Translations under genes and position numbers: made by a program
Part shown: piece by piece, positions 12,270 through 25,030 of the stretch
Layout of the letters: each line of letters starts with the position of its first letter
Position numbering within the stretch: position 1 is the stretch's first letter
Assembly: GCA_028023455.1 (NCBI GenBank)
Contig: JAQFVV010000002.1
Span: 6,944,001 to 7,008,000, forward strand
Reading direction: 5' to 3'
Length of the DNA stretch: 64,000 bases
Source: Epiperipatus broadwayi
Lineage: Eukaryota; Animalia; Onychophora
The notes under the pieces: model-generated
Database searches by the model: none
Told to the model about the DNA's origin: nothing
What the model saw: the letters and a program-made list of their open reading frames with translations, nothing else

Positions 12270-13860
12270 TAGCTTCAATCTTCTCACTCTCCAACTAAAT
12301 TCTTTAGCCATCCATTTCATGGAAAATCTGAAGATGGAAATATTGAAAGCCCTTGTTGATATCAATATTATTGCCATACCCATGTTGACTTTAAATCAGT
12401 CTGACCCTTCACACATAGTATCCTAAAATGTCCATTTAATTATACAAAAGAGGGATGAGCTAAATACAGGCTTAATATGTATAATGTCTATACTAAACTT
12501 AATGTTATTATAAAGGACTTGAACTCAAACATTCAAGCTTTCTACATCTATCATACACAACTGATACACATAACCACATAAATGTGAAAAAGCTAAACAA
12601 TCTCCAGTATATGTATTTCATACTGAACCAGCACTCATTTGTTGGTCCAGATCACTATCTCCCACACATATATACAATTAGTGCTCAGTTTATTTTAAGA
12701 TAGCAATTCTTTAAACTTTAATGAACAAGCTTCAATCTTCTCCACTCTCCAACCCTTCAGCCATCAATTTCATTAAAATCTGAGGATGAAATGCTCAAAG
12801 TCCTTGTTGATGCCAATATTATTGTTATACCCTTGTTGACCTTAACTCCATCTGACCCTCACATATAGGACCTTAATATATCTATTTAATTATACAGAAT
12901 AGGTCTGGGCACAGACTGAATATGTAATATTTAAATATATGTATAGTGTCTATGCTAAACAATGTAATTATAAAGGACTTGAACTCGAATTTTCAAGCTC
13001 ATTCGATCTATCCAATTATCTTATACAAGTGATACACATGATCACATACATATGAAAACAATAAGGATCTTTAATATATAAGTTGGTCCAAATCATCATC
13101 TCCCACACATATATACAATCAGTGCTGAGTTTATATGAAGATTATTATATTAAGATCATCTTAATATAAACTGAGTGTATTATCTTAATATAAACTGAGC
13201 ACTGATTATATATGTGTGTGGGAGATTGTGATCTGGACCAACTTATGAGTGCTGGTTCAGCACAAATAACATATATTGTAGATCATTTATCTTTTTCACA
13301 TGTATGTAGTTATGTATATCATTTGTATAAGATAGAATGGATAGATGAAGAAAGCTTGAAAGTTCAAGTTCAATTCCCTTATAATTACATTAAGTTTAGT
13401 ATAGACAATATACATACATTTACATATATATTCAGTCTGTATTCTACCCCTCCTTTTTCTGCATACTTAATGAACATTTCAAGGCCCTATGTGTAAGGGG
13501 TCAGATTGACCTAAGATCAGCATGGGTATAACATTAATATTAGCATCAACAAGGACTTTAAATATTCCATCCTTAGATTTACAATGAAATAGATGGCTGA
13601 AGAATTGGATAGTGGAGAAAATTGAAGGTTGTTCATTAAAGTTTAAAGATCTGCTATCTTAATATAAACTGAGTAATGATTGTATATATGTGTGGGATAT
13701 GATGATCTGGATCAACTGGTGAATGGTTGTTCAGCATAAAGACATATATTGGAAATCATTTATATTTTTTATATGAATGTTGTCATGTGTATCAGTTATA
13801 TAAGGTAGATTGGATACATGTAGGGAGCTTGAAAATTTGAGTCCAAGTTCTCTATATACA
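12270..13860. repeat. ~457-bp unit array: two tandem copies followed by two inverted copies (large imperfect palindrome centred ~13165)
   Basis: agcttcaatcttct at 12271 and 12728. The reverse-complement units run 13182-13655 and 13656-13855. ORFs 12129-12383 and 13212-13496 overlap these repeats. Confidence 0.85.
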
Positions 13861-14932
13861 TGTTCATACTGTACATTGTTTATGCACTATTTATACATTA
13901 ATGAATAAAGTGATAATTATTTCAAGATGAAAAATTTTAATACCTAAAATATTAAATAAAATCAACCGTGGAAATTAACATCTGTTCACATTCATACTTC
14001 ACATAGATGCCAATAACATTAAATTATGAGGATACATATTATAACTTTCAATGTAATAGTAATCATTTAAAAGAATTAATGTGCCCTAATATTTTACTGG
14101 AAATTACTAGTTATTGCCTTAATAGAATAAACTTCAAACATTATGATCTTTTTTTGTTTGATTGATGTATTCTAATTATTGGATTTTTTGAATGGATTAT
14201 ATTCTTTTGAAACTTGATAAAAAAAAGTCTAAAGTGCAATAGAACTTTTGGATAATAAACATTCATCATTGTTTTAGGCTGTTTGTTTTTATTTATAGTT
14301 TAATATTACAGTTATGTTTAAGGAGGTCATTTTAGCGTATGTTTTGTATGTAAATGTATATTTGTGGATACTGATCAGAAGAAAATTGCAATAATCTTTT
14401 AAAGTTTGTAATCAATAATGAAATAGATTTTTGGCTTGATAACTTGTTTAAGTTTGCTCAATATTTTTTGGTGGATAATCTGTAACAATTTAGGATTCAT
14501 TGTATAATTTTATTTATTTATTTTAAATTATCTGATTATGGAATGAGTATTTGTCTAGTATCACTTAATACTTTGAATATACACAACATCATATTAATTT
14601 TAATTTCTATATTCATAATTTTAATTTTTTTATATTATTCATTGTAATCAAATTGTCATATTATTATTCATTAAATTTGGATTTTGAGTTTTATTTATAT
14701 TAATAATTATAAGGTGTGGTAATCATAATTTATATTTTAAAATAATAAATATGGATACACAAAATCTAATTAGTGAGTAATCTAAATATCATTATTACAC
14801 TGGTGATCAATAATTATTACAGTAATCTACTAATTTGTGAATGCTTATTGTCATCAAAGTTAATAATAAATTTTGGTAATAAGATTCTGTTAGTTTTGGA
14901 CTTAGTAGTATTTTTTATACTTTTAAACATAA

Positions 14933-14961
14933 CATAAATTCAACATATAGCAGCCTATGGG
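14933..14961 (-). mobile_element. piggyBac-like terminal sequence (right end of a small element)
   Basis: Reverse complement cccataggctgctatatgttgaattt matches 16301-16328. Flank is ttat rather than ttaa. Confidence 0.35.
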
Positions 14962-15899
14962 TTATTTAAAAATAAATACCAATGCAAATTTAATAATAAA
15001 TTTTTGAGTATTATACTAACATAAACTCTACATTATCATATTTATAAAAAAAAAACTATTCATTTATGCTATTATGATTGATTTATCAATTGATACAGCA
15101 CTACTAATTTTAGCTTGTTCATGTATTTATCACATATTTATATTTTTTAATTAGTGGTATTTTAAGTCCCATTTTATAATTTACTGGACATTATTATGAG
15201 CTAGCATCCTTTTATTTTAATTTTATTTTTTTTAATTGTATTAGAATAAATTAGGGATTTGAAGCTAGGACAAATAAATACAGTCTTTTATTTTTTGCTT
15301 TATAATTTTTTTTATCATTATGAATTTTGAATCTTTGGTTTGATTTTGAAGAGTGGCTATCTCTTGGGCATTTTACACCATTACAATTTTGATGCCTCAA
15401 TTTATGCAGCATATCAAAGAGTTTTTCTTATATGTTATTTAATTTTCATTTTAAGATAGATTGGTACCTCAATTTGGGTGTATAACATTGTTCTTTTCAT
15501 TGCTCCTATTTTATACCAGTACAGTTTTGCTCCCCAAATACATGAGACATTTGAAGACACAGCTTTTCTAATTTTATAACATTAAAGTTTTGTTGCCCAG
15601 ACATTTGTCTCAATTAAAGACCACTGGCACCTGAAACGTGTATCAATGGTGTATAGGTGATTTGCATTTAAATAAAATAAAATAGTAAATATCAGAGAGA
15701 TGTACTTGACTAATTTAAATAATAACATAATCAATCATCTTATCCACATAAAATAAGCTAAGTATTTTGATGGTATTTTTCTATTTATTTATGAATTAAT
15801 TGGAATAGATTATGATGTTTTTTGCACTTACTTAAAGTATAGATATGGTTGTGTATGTATATCCTTAGAAAGCATGGAAATGATATTTTTCAAAAGTCC

Positions 15900-16178
15900 T
15901 CAATTATCCTTTATATTGTCAAATTTGTTATCAAAATAAATTCTACATTCTATTATTTTATCTTTCATTTTTTTGGAATATGCTTTTAGCTCTCTGAAAT
16001 TTTGATCAGAATCTTCAAATTTTTTATTTAACATTTCAAAATTTTTATTGAATTCTGCCTTTTGTTCTTCAAATTTTTTATCAATAACTTCATTTTTTTT
16101 ACTGAACTGTTTGAAAATTATTCTCAAAATTTCTAAATCACTAACCTCAGGCAGTACTTCTGGATTAGTAGCCTCCAT
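15900..16178 (-). mobile_element. Coiled-coil ORF, probably a retroelement gag/ORF1 N-terminal relic
   Basis: 92-aa K/E/N-rich heptad ORF similar in character to the Gypsy gag N-terminus at 53389-53604. No downstream domain visible. Confidence 0.4.
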
Positions 16179-16300
16179 TGTTATACATTAAAAATATACA
16201 AATAAAGCTAATTTACTCAAATTATCACAAACAATACAAAACTATTTATGCGCTTAAATAATATTTATATCAATATTTACTCGTGGACAAACCCTATTAA

Positions 16301-16330
16301 CCCTTAGGCTGCTATATGTTGAATTTATAT
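16301..16330 (+). mobile_element. piggyBac-like terminal sequence (TTAA + CCCT)
   Basis: ttaa at 16297-16300 followed by cccttaggctgctatatgttgaattt. A second copy lies inverted at 14933-14961. Confidence 0.4.
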
Positions 16331-18779
16331 CATGTTTAAAAGTATAAAAAATACTAAGTCCAATAACTAATATAATTTTATTACCAAAATTTATTATTAA
16401 CTTTGCTATCAATAATAATTCATGAAATTAGTAGATGAACTTTAATAATTATTGAATACCAGTGTAATGATAATATTTAGATTACTCACTAGTTAGATTT
16501 TGTGTATCCATATTTATTATTTTAAAATATAAATTATGATTACTTTACCTTAGAATCATTAAAGTAAATAAAATTTCAAATCCAAGATTAATGATGAATA
16601 ATATGACAATTTATTTATGATAATAAAAAAATTAAAATTATGAATATAATATAGAAATTAAAATTAATAGGCTATATGATGTTGTTTGTGCTTACCTATA
16701 CAAGATACTCATTCCCAAATCAGAGGAAAGTACTCATCTATATATGAAATAATAAAATAAATCTTAACTTGTTACAGTCTATCCACCAAAAAAAATACTG
16801 AGTAAACTTAAACAAGTTATCAAGCCAAATATCTATTTAATTACTGATTACAAACTTTAAAATACTACTGCAATTTTTTTCTAATTAAGTGTCCACTTAA
16901 ATATTCATGAACATATAAAAATATATGTTAAAATGACTTCCTTAAACATAATAATGAATGTTCATTATTGAAAAGTTCTATTATTAAGTTCCAGAAAAAA
17001 TATAATTCAATAATTAGAATACAGCAATCAAATAAAGAAAGAACATTCTGTTTGAAGTTTATTTTGTTAAACCAATAACTAGTAATTTCCTGAAAAGTAT
17101 TAGGGAACATAAGTTTTTTAAAATTATTACTATTATGTTAAAAGTTATCATATGTTTCCTTGTAATTTAGTATTATTTATATCTACATAAAGTATGAATG
17201 TGAACAGATATTAATTTCCATGGTTAGTTTTATTTAATATTTTAGCTATTAAAATTGTTCATCTTGAAATAATTATCACTTTATCAATTAATGTATTAAT
17301 AATATGTAGGTGCTGTATGGTGTGAATATGTATATAGTTTAATAATAAACACTTTATTAACAATTTATAATATAAATCATTCCATCAATTGGCATTACAC
17401 ATTATAACACAATGTAGTCAGATTAATTTTTCAACAAAGTAATCATTCCATTTAGCAAAGTATTATTATTTAAATCCTTAGTGAATTACTAATTTGAACC
17501 CTTAACAATTATATACATATTTATTTGGCACATACACATATATATCTAGGTTGAATTTAAACAACCATTGTAAACTTTCTCATAAGATTCTCAAAACACT
17601 ATTATAAATGATAAATTTTCATCTTGTTCTTGTCTTTAAAAGCCTTTCATAAATCTACATTTTGACCCAGAAATAAACATAAAACTTTTCTTTCTAGTTA
17701 TCTATAATGTTATTCATAAAACACTTTTCTAAATATATACATATTCCTTTTTTAAAAATAAAATAAAATAATGCATGATGCATTATATTGCTGAAACTAT
17801 TAAAGGTACATCCTATGTATAAAACAACAAATAAGAAAAAAAGATTCAACTTGAAGTCATGGGTATATTTATACTTTTTGTTTGTTGTCATAGTTCCATA
17901 AAGTCATATTAAATATTGTTATCATTAATACACTCAAGTTTATTCTTTTAATTTTATTTAAATAGTCATAGAGATCACTTAAACACAAGTTGACATTTTA
18001 AGCAAAATACCTTCTTTGAAATTTTGAATTTTGAATCAATAACCATTGTAAACTAATATAATAACAATAATTCTTCGAATTTCCATTAAAATAATAAAAA
18101 AATACATCATTTTAAATATGGCTATAAACACTATATTTTTGAAAGCAAATATTATTTTAAACATTTGTGAAGTTAAAGTTAATACATGCACATATATTTA
18201 CACACAGACATGAATGTCTTTTGTAATTTATTTATTAAAATCACTTATTAAAATGTCTTTACATTTATTAACAACTTTAGAACAAAATATTAAATCTAAT
18301 ATAGCAGATTTACTTGCCATCTTACTTTTTTAAAATAAGAAAATAGATTGCATATGTTTTTAAGATAAAAGGAAAAATCAAATTGAAAATATTATTTTGT
18401 ATACTGATGTATTTTATAATGACTTAAAGTAAGACATAATAAGATGAAGTTAGAGAAGACATCAATTGACAATTTTAATGATTAACAACCTTATAAGCAA
18501 TAAATAAATAAAGGGAAAAAATATATTTTTAACATATCAAATGCATTACTTAGGATTGTACATTATCCTCCACTATGGTAAAAAAAAATTATACCAACCT
18601 TTAACATATAAGGATCAACTGATTTTAGATTTCTTAATCATAAACTCAATCTTTCTTTTTTAATATGTCACAACTATACTTTGTCATCTCAATACAAGAT
18701 ACATTCATTATTACTTCAGTCCATAAAATAAAATTGCAAATATCAAGTGATTAAAAATCTCCTCTTTCATCACACCTTT

Positions 18780-19300
18780 TATTTGTAACTGCATTATTCA
18801 AGGTCAAAGTATAAACACATAATGTATAATGAATATGTAAATAATAATAATTGTATAAATGTAACGAATATGTAAAACAATAATAATAATTGTATAAACG
18901 TAGAATAAAAATAATAACTGTAATGTATAATAAATATGTAAAATAACTATAGTAATTAAGAATAACTATTGTGTAAAATTGCAATGTTATTAAATCATAG
19001 AAAGTTGTATAATAATAGAAAGCCCAGCTGACCTTATAGGGTCAGAAAACTATGTAAAATACCATATATGGTGAGAAACGTGAAAATACTGTGTGTATGT
19101 AAAAATGTAAGTGAAAACACCATATATGGTTAGAAATGTAAAAGACTCCAGAAGTCTTGAGGGGTATATAAACCCCCATAAACTAAACTAATTGTTCTAA
19201 ATACGTTCTGAGTATGTTCTGAGTTTTAATTATAGTCAGAGACTCCTGCCTCTGTAAGTCCAAAAGCAGGACTAGGGTATTTATATGCAGGTCACCAAGA
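18780..19300 (+). mobile_element. Possible solo LTR
   Basis: Starts tgtaac and has internal short tandem duplications (gaatatgtaaa..ataataattgtataaa x2; accatatatggt x2) and a TATA-like ggggtatataaacccc. Ends and TSD not resolved. Confidence 0.3.
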
Positions 19301-20188
19301 CCTTTTATTATTTTATTTTGCCTTATAATAGGCTATGTATATAGTTAAAATTATCCATATTAAACTATAATCTTAGCATCTCAATTCTGCCTTTGTCCAT
19401 TTATTTACTTGCTGGTCATAAGACACAGCAGTAATAATAAGTAAACAATTCTTTAAAGAACTAAATGTGTTTCAAGCATTTAAACTATAAAATATTGACA
19501 AATTAAATTTCATCTAACTTTTTCAATTCTCACACTTGTCATTTTATAACTGTATCAAATATTAGCACACACAAAATGTTCCATCACTTAATATTATGAG
19601 AACTAATAATAGTATTAACTCATCACAACTCCTAAAATATTTACTGTAAATTTACTAAAATACAAATATGTTGAATAATTCCATATTAGCTGGCTTCATC
19701 TGCTTTCTTCAGAGCTATACTAATCTAAACTCTATAAATAAAATATCCCTTTTATCATCATGTTTATCTGATTATGGGTTTTCGTTTGAATCAATTTATT
19801 TTAAATATAACTATGAATCTTATACTATACATAAGTAAATTCATACTTAAAGTTATAAAATAAATAAACTGATATTTTTAAATTTCCTTCATAATCAAAT
19901 ACCTTATACTTCAATAATGAGTAAGAGAAAAAAAATTGATACAGGCAATATCTAGTAAAATGTTTCTTTTAAATTTAATGTGATACTTATAAAACAAGTC
20001 TATAGCTAAATTATAAATAATTTCTTATAGAGTTTGCAAAGTATTCAGTCATTTGATAAGATATAAAAACTATATCCTTATACCTAACAAAATTACTTTC
20101 CTCTTTATTACTGTTCAATCTGTACCCACTTATAATGCGTATCTTTATTTTACATTTACAGTTACACTTATACAATGATTACTAGTTA

Positions 20189-20623
20189 TCAGAATATTAG
20201 AGTGAGTAATATACTTTTCATATGGTTTATTCTGAATATAATATTATATATATTCATATCATTAATTTCCTCACTATTATTATAAAACAATGGACCAAAC
20301 TCTCTTATCATATTTACTTTATTCTGTAAAACTTTCCATTGATCAAGATTCCCATTCCAATAATCACTTTCATCATCAAGAAGTTCATGACATTTTAAAT
20401 TATGTTTAAATAAACTATGTATATCTGTTTCATCAAAATCTTGCCTATTTCTGTTAAGACTAAAACACTTTTCCCCTCTAGGATAAACATCATATTGACT
20501 TAATTTCTTCCTGTAAACAACTAATTGGGGATGGGTACCCTTAAGAAACACTTCAAATTTATTTTTGATATGAATATCAAGTACACAGATAAGTTTCCTG
20601 AAATTCATCAAATGTTTCTGTTC
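20189..20623 (-). CDS. Orphan 145-codon open frame inside the SPARC-like intron (unknown product)
   Basis: Stop-free from an AG-preceded GAA at 20623 to TGA at 20189, unusual at this AT content. No recognisable domain. Phase 0 start is incompatible with the phase-2 SPARC intron. Confidence 0.4.
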   Translation of the reverse strand, partial: EQKHLMNFRKLICVLDIHIKNKFEVFLKGTHPQLVVYRKKLSQYDVYPRGEKCFSLNRNRQDFDETDIHSLFKHNLKCHELLDDESDYWNGNLDQWKVLQNKVNMIREFGPLFYNNSEEINDMNIYNIIFRINHMKSILLTLIF

Positions 20624-20802
20624 CTAGTTATACTCAATGATTCACAATAATAATACCGTTAACAGCTAATTATACTTTAATCTCCATAAATTTATTTCTC
20701 ATATCATTATATTTGAGATTCTTTAATAACAAATTTTAAAGTTCTAGAATCATTTTTAAATTCTTTAAGTTATTTTGATATCACCAACTTCAACTTTGAT
20801 AT

Positions 20803-21280
20803 GGATTAGTTTCTGGATTGTGGTCTTCATCAGTGAGGAGCCTTGGATCTGAGAGCACTGCACCAAGATCTTAGGATCTAATGCAACCCTCTAATACCAA
20901 AATGTATAGGTACTGAACTGAGTTCAGACTTATATGAATATATAAGCTAATGAGCTTAAATTGCAAATATTGTTTTTTTTTCAGGTTAAGACTCATAGTT
21001 TTGTAGTTAAGTAGAGATAAAGGGTGTCTGCTGGAAGGTTGCATTAGATCCTAAGATCTAGGTGGTGCTCTCAGATCCAAGGCTCCTCACTGATGAAGGC
21101 CACAAGCCAGGAACAGTCTGGGGATATTGGATGAGTAGGCACTAGATGGGGGTTTTATGCAAGCCTTCTGGCATCTATTGATTACTTTGTCTTGCACTGA
21201 GTGGCAATACATATTTTACCTGTTTTGATAAGTTATGAGCAAGCATAGAAAATGGTGCTCATGTGATGTTTATTGGCTTA
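20803..21280 (+). mobile_element. H1 family element with 5' inverted segment (PLE-type inversion)
   Basis: 20803-20893 is the reverse complement of ~21030-21118. Body 20894-21280 aligns with 4545-5035. Confidence 0.75.
21084..21124 (+). ncRNA. Minimal type I hammerhead ribozyme motif (slightly mutated copy)
   Basis: TCCTCA-CTGATGA-A-GGC-CACAA-GCC-A-GGAAC-AGTC-TGGGGA. Stem I TCCTCA/TGGGGA, core CTGATGA, stem II GGC/GCC. Sister copies supply intact GAAACTAGTC. Confidence 0.7.
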
Positions 21281-24200
21281 ATAATAATAATGAATCCATA
21301 AAATATCACTTAAATAGACTTAATGAAGTTGTTTAAATGTAGTAGTGATAATTGTAACAAAGTACAAATATTAATGAACTCTGAGTAGTAGCCATGAGTG
21401 AAGAAATGTAGTAGTCTTATTTATTTATTTTTAATTACAGCCTAATCTAAAATAGAGCTGAAAAAATGGGTTATGGTGGTATCCATTAAGTTAAATAATG
21501 TAGGAATGAGACTGAATGTTGCCAAATGTATTTGAAAAACTTTGCAAATAATTTTTTTAGGGCATGTAATAAATAAAGATAGAAAATAGCTAAACTCAGA
21601 AAAAATTAGAGTAGTGAAAGAAGTGGTTATTCCCAGGAATGTAAAATACTTACAAGCCTTTTTAGGACTGCTTAATTTCTATGAACGTATTAAAGATAAG
21701 TCACATTATTTAAGATTTCTGTATGATTTTTTGTGAAATGATTAATGATGGAAAGTGGAATGATAAGCATGTGACAATCTTTAGAAAAGCTAAAGAATTA
21801 TTGATGTCAAACTGATGTTTAATACATTATTGTAGCAATCTGGAAGTTATTATCACTACTGATGCTTCTGAATTGGAATTGTTGTTATTGCACCCTATTA
21901 CCTGGTGGAGGGAATCCAATTGTCTATGTCTCTAGAATGTCATCATTAGCTGAGAAAAACTATAGTTAATTAGATAAGGAAGCTTTGGCAATAATATTTA
22001 TAGTAAAGAAGCTTCACCAGTATTTTTATGATCGGAAATGTATGATCTATATTGATCATCATCCATTGCTGGGAATTTTCAGGAAAGATAAAAATATGCC
22101 TGATTATGTGAGCCAATGACTCAAAAATGGATCTTATTACCAGCTTATGATTATGAATTCATCTCTAAACCAGAAAGATTATGCATACAGATGCACTGTG
22201 ACATTTGCCTATTAGAGTTGTCAAATGGAAATTTGTGTAAGTAAATTTGCTAAATGTAGTAAATAACATAAAGAAATTAAAAAATTGTGAGGTGAACTTC
22301 TAATGATCCTGAATATAGGAAGTTGATTAAATGAATATAAGAAGGATATCAGAAAAATGTCAAATATTGTAACTGGCAATTTGAAAGACATGTCGTAATA
22401 TGTCAATTTGTAATGGGTGTATCATAAAGGACACCCTGGAATAGTAAGAATGATAACTCTGGTTCATTTTTATATATAGTGTCCAAAAATAAATAATGAT
22501 TTTGAGCAAAAGGTAAAGAAGTGTTTTAATTGTCAATCTACAGTGGATCTTCCAGAAAAGTATTCAAGCCATGGTTAGAAGCAAGAAAATCATGGGAGCA
22601 TATTCACATAGACTATGCTGATAAATGAGTACCCAATTCTGGTAGTTGTGGATAAAATTGGGCTGAATACAAACTAATAAAAATTATAAACATGGATAAT
22701 ACCAAAAAGGTATTACAGAAAGGTTTTGCTACATGCAGTTATATTACTAAATTCATCACTTCCTTTATTTTCCTGTAATATATTGTAACAGTATATAATA
22801 TGCCGTTATATTATTTTAAATTAAAATAAAAAGATTATAAATAAAAATTGATTTATTAAAAAAGAAAAAAAAACTTAACTTAAAAACTGAAAATTAAAAG
22901 TCGTTTAACATATATAACATATCGCACAGATGGAATGAAAACTTTAAAAGTATTATTTACTTTTTAAAATAAAATAAAAAAAAGTATTTGAATGTACTTT
23001 TTTTACTAAAAAAAGTACAAGATCTAAAGATAAAATATTTTTGTTAAAAGATTCCTATGTAATCTCAATAAATGAAAATGATTGTTTTATAAATTAAACA
23101 AAAAGCAAACTAGCCTTTGGGGCTCATATAAAAAAGTCAGATGAAAGATATAGATAAGAACAAAAAAAATTAGATGTCCAATAGAAGCAGCAAACAAATG
23201 CTCGGACCTTAATGAAAATTTGGAACAGAAAACTTATGTTCAGTGAATCCAGACGATTGGTATAAAGGGGAAAAAATATTCAAATTAAAACAGTTCCAGC
23301 TTGATTTTTTTTGAGAGGAGTGATAAGATGCACTCGTCACACTCACTTATTTAAAATGAAATGACTGATGAATTATGAACGGTACTATTGCAGACCCCGA
23401 TCATATGAGTCCTGCAATAAAATAGTACCTGGATTGAAACAGCTAAGGCCACTTCCAGAACAACAAATCGGTCTTCCAATAAAGACTTCGCAGGAATTAG
23501 CACCAGGAACCGGGACTCTTCTACTGTAAGATATGAACTATACAATTTTTAAAAGAAAAAAATTTAAAAGTAAAAAAGAACTTTCGTCAAGATTTGATAA
23601 GCTTTTAATATTCATCTAACTTAAATTTTAAAATGAAATTTTATCTGACTTTTAAGTTTTCAAAATCAATTATTGATGTTTAATTTTAAATATTTGAGTT
23701 TGCTAATCATTTCCATTTTTTGTTATAGTTATTGACTAAATTATTTAAATTGTATTAAATTTAAGTTAGATGTGGATAGCTATATAGATTCATTAAATTG
23801 TTAGTTTTAAGGGGGTTTAATTGTGGGCTACTTGTCTCGTAGTTAGTTCAATGCTGGTGGAGGGATATATAGCTGTTTATATCAATGTAATGTGAAGCAT
23901 GTTTAGCATACAGGGCAATGTGCTCAACTGAATGTATGACCCCAAAGAGGCAATCATATTGTTGCAATGGATGCAGACATATTTCCTGTGCCATTGACCC
24001 CTTCTAGCTCTATGGACAGGGATTATAAGTCGGCAGATAGATCACTCTCTCCCCTATGTAGCACTCTTCTTTAGTTAATTTATTCCTTCACCAGACAGAC
24101 GCACATTCCTGTACTGGATGAGGATCATGTCCTTCAAATAATATCATGCTGTCAGATGCACATTCCTGTCAGTGTGGTTTTATGTTAGAAACTTCATATT

Positions 24201-24711
24201 GCATTGATTGTGACTATATATCTGGAAGCAGGCATTGGTTTGGCTACAAACTTTTAGTCCGAGATTGAATATTTTGTTTTGAAAAGTTATTGACTGTGGA
24301 CTCTATGTAGCCTATCTATATCCAACATGCTAAAGTAAAATATTATTAAAATGTCCATCTGTGTGAACTATTTAAAATAGTACTTTATATTTAAAAATTA
24401 ATACTAAAATCTAAATATAAATTTTATTCCTCAATTTTAAATGTGCGTTAATAAAATCTATTGCGTTATTAGTACTGGCAGTGATCTAGTTTATTTATTT
24501 ATTTATTTTAATCTTTACTAAAAATATATTCTAATAAATATTTTAAAACCTCTGCATCTCCTTGAGCTAGTGGCAAGGGCTGACAGCCGTGATAAAATAT
24601 CTATATAAAAATTGGATCTTTAACAGCGCGTATCTGCCTACTCTATAAATTTTCTAGGTTCGAATAACCTAGTGGCACCCTATATGGCAGATACAGTAAT
24701 ACTGCTAGCTT

Positions 24712-25030
24712 CAATCATCACCCAGACTGTTATAATATAAATGGAATTTATCCATTGTATTTTGAACAGTTTTTAACAAAAAAATGTTATTTTGCATTTA
24801 TGCATACACAATCTTATATTTCAACTGTCCTGCAGTCTTTTTCAGAGCTACTTTTACTTTAATTTTTTACTTTAATTTTTTTAAGTAAAAGTGGCTCTGA
24901 AGAAGACTGCAGGACAGTTGAAATGTAAGATTGTGTATGCATATGTACAATAAAATATTTCTGCTAACAAGTGTTCAAAGTAGAGTGGATAAATTGCATT
25001 TATACTCACAGTTATCCTGTGATTTGAATG
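24712..25030. repeat. Fold-back palindrome of hammerhead-like family H2
   Basis: Arms ~24712-24860 and ~24882-25030, with the inner ~60 bp nearly identical. Each arm carries CTGAA(G/A)A-AGACTG-CAGGA-CAGTT-GAAA-T(G/A)TA. A third copy lies at ~60640-60770. Confidence 0.75.

Noticed and set aside
16696-16737. 42-nt minus-strand segment with good AG/GTAAGC signals
   Set aside because: Stop codons in all three frames.
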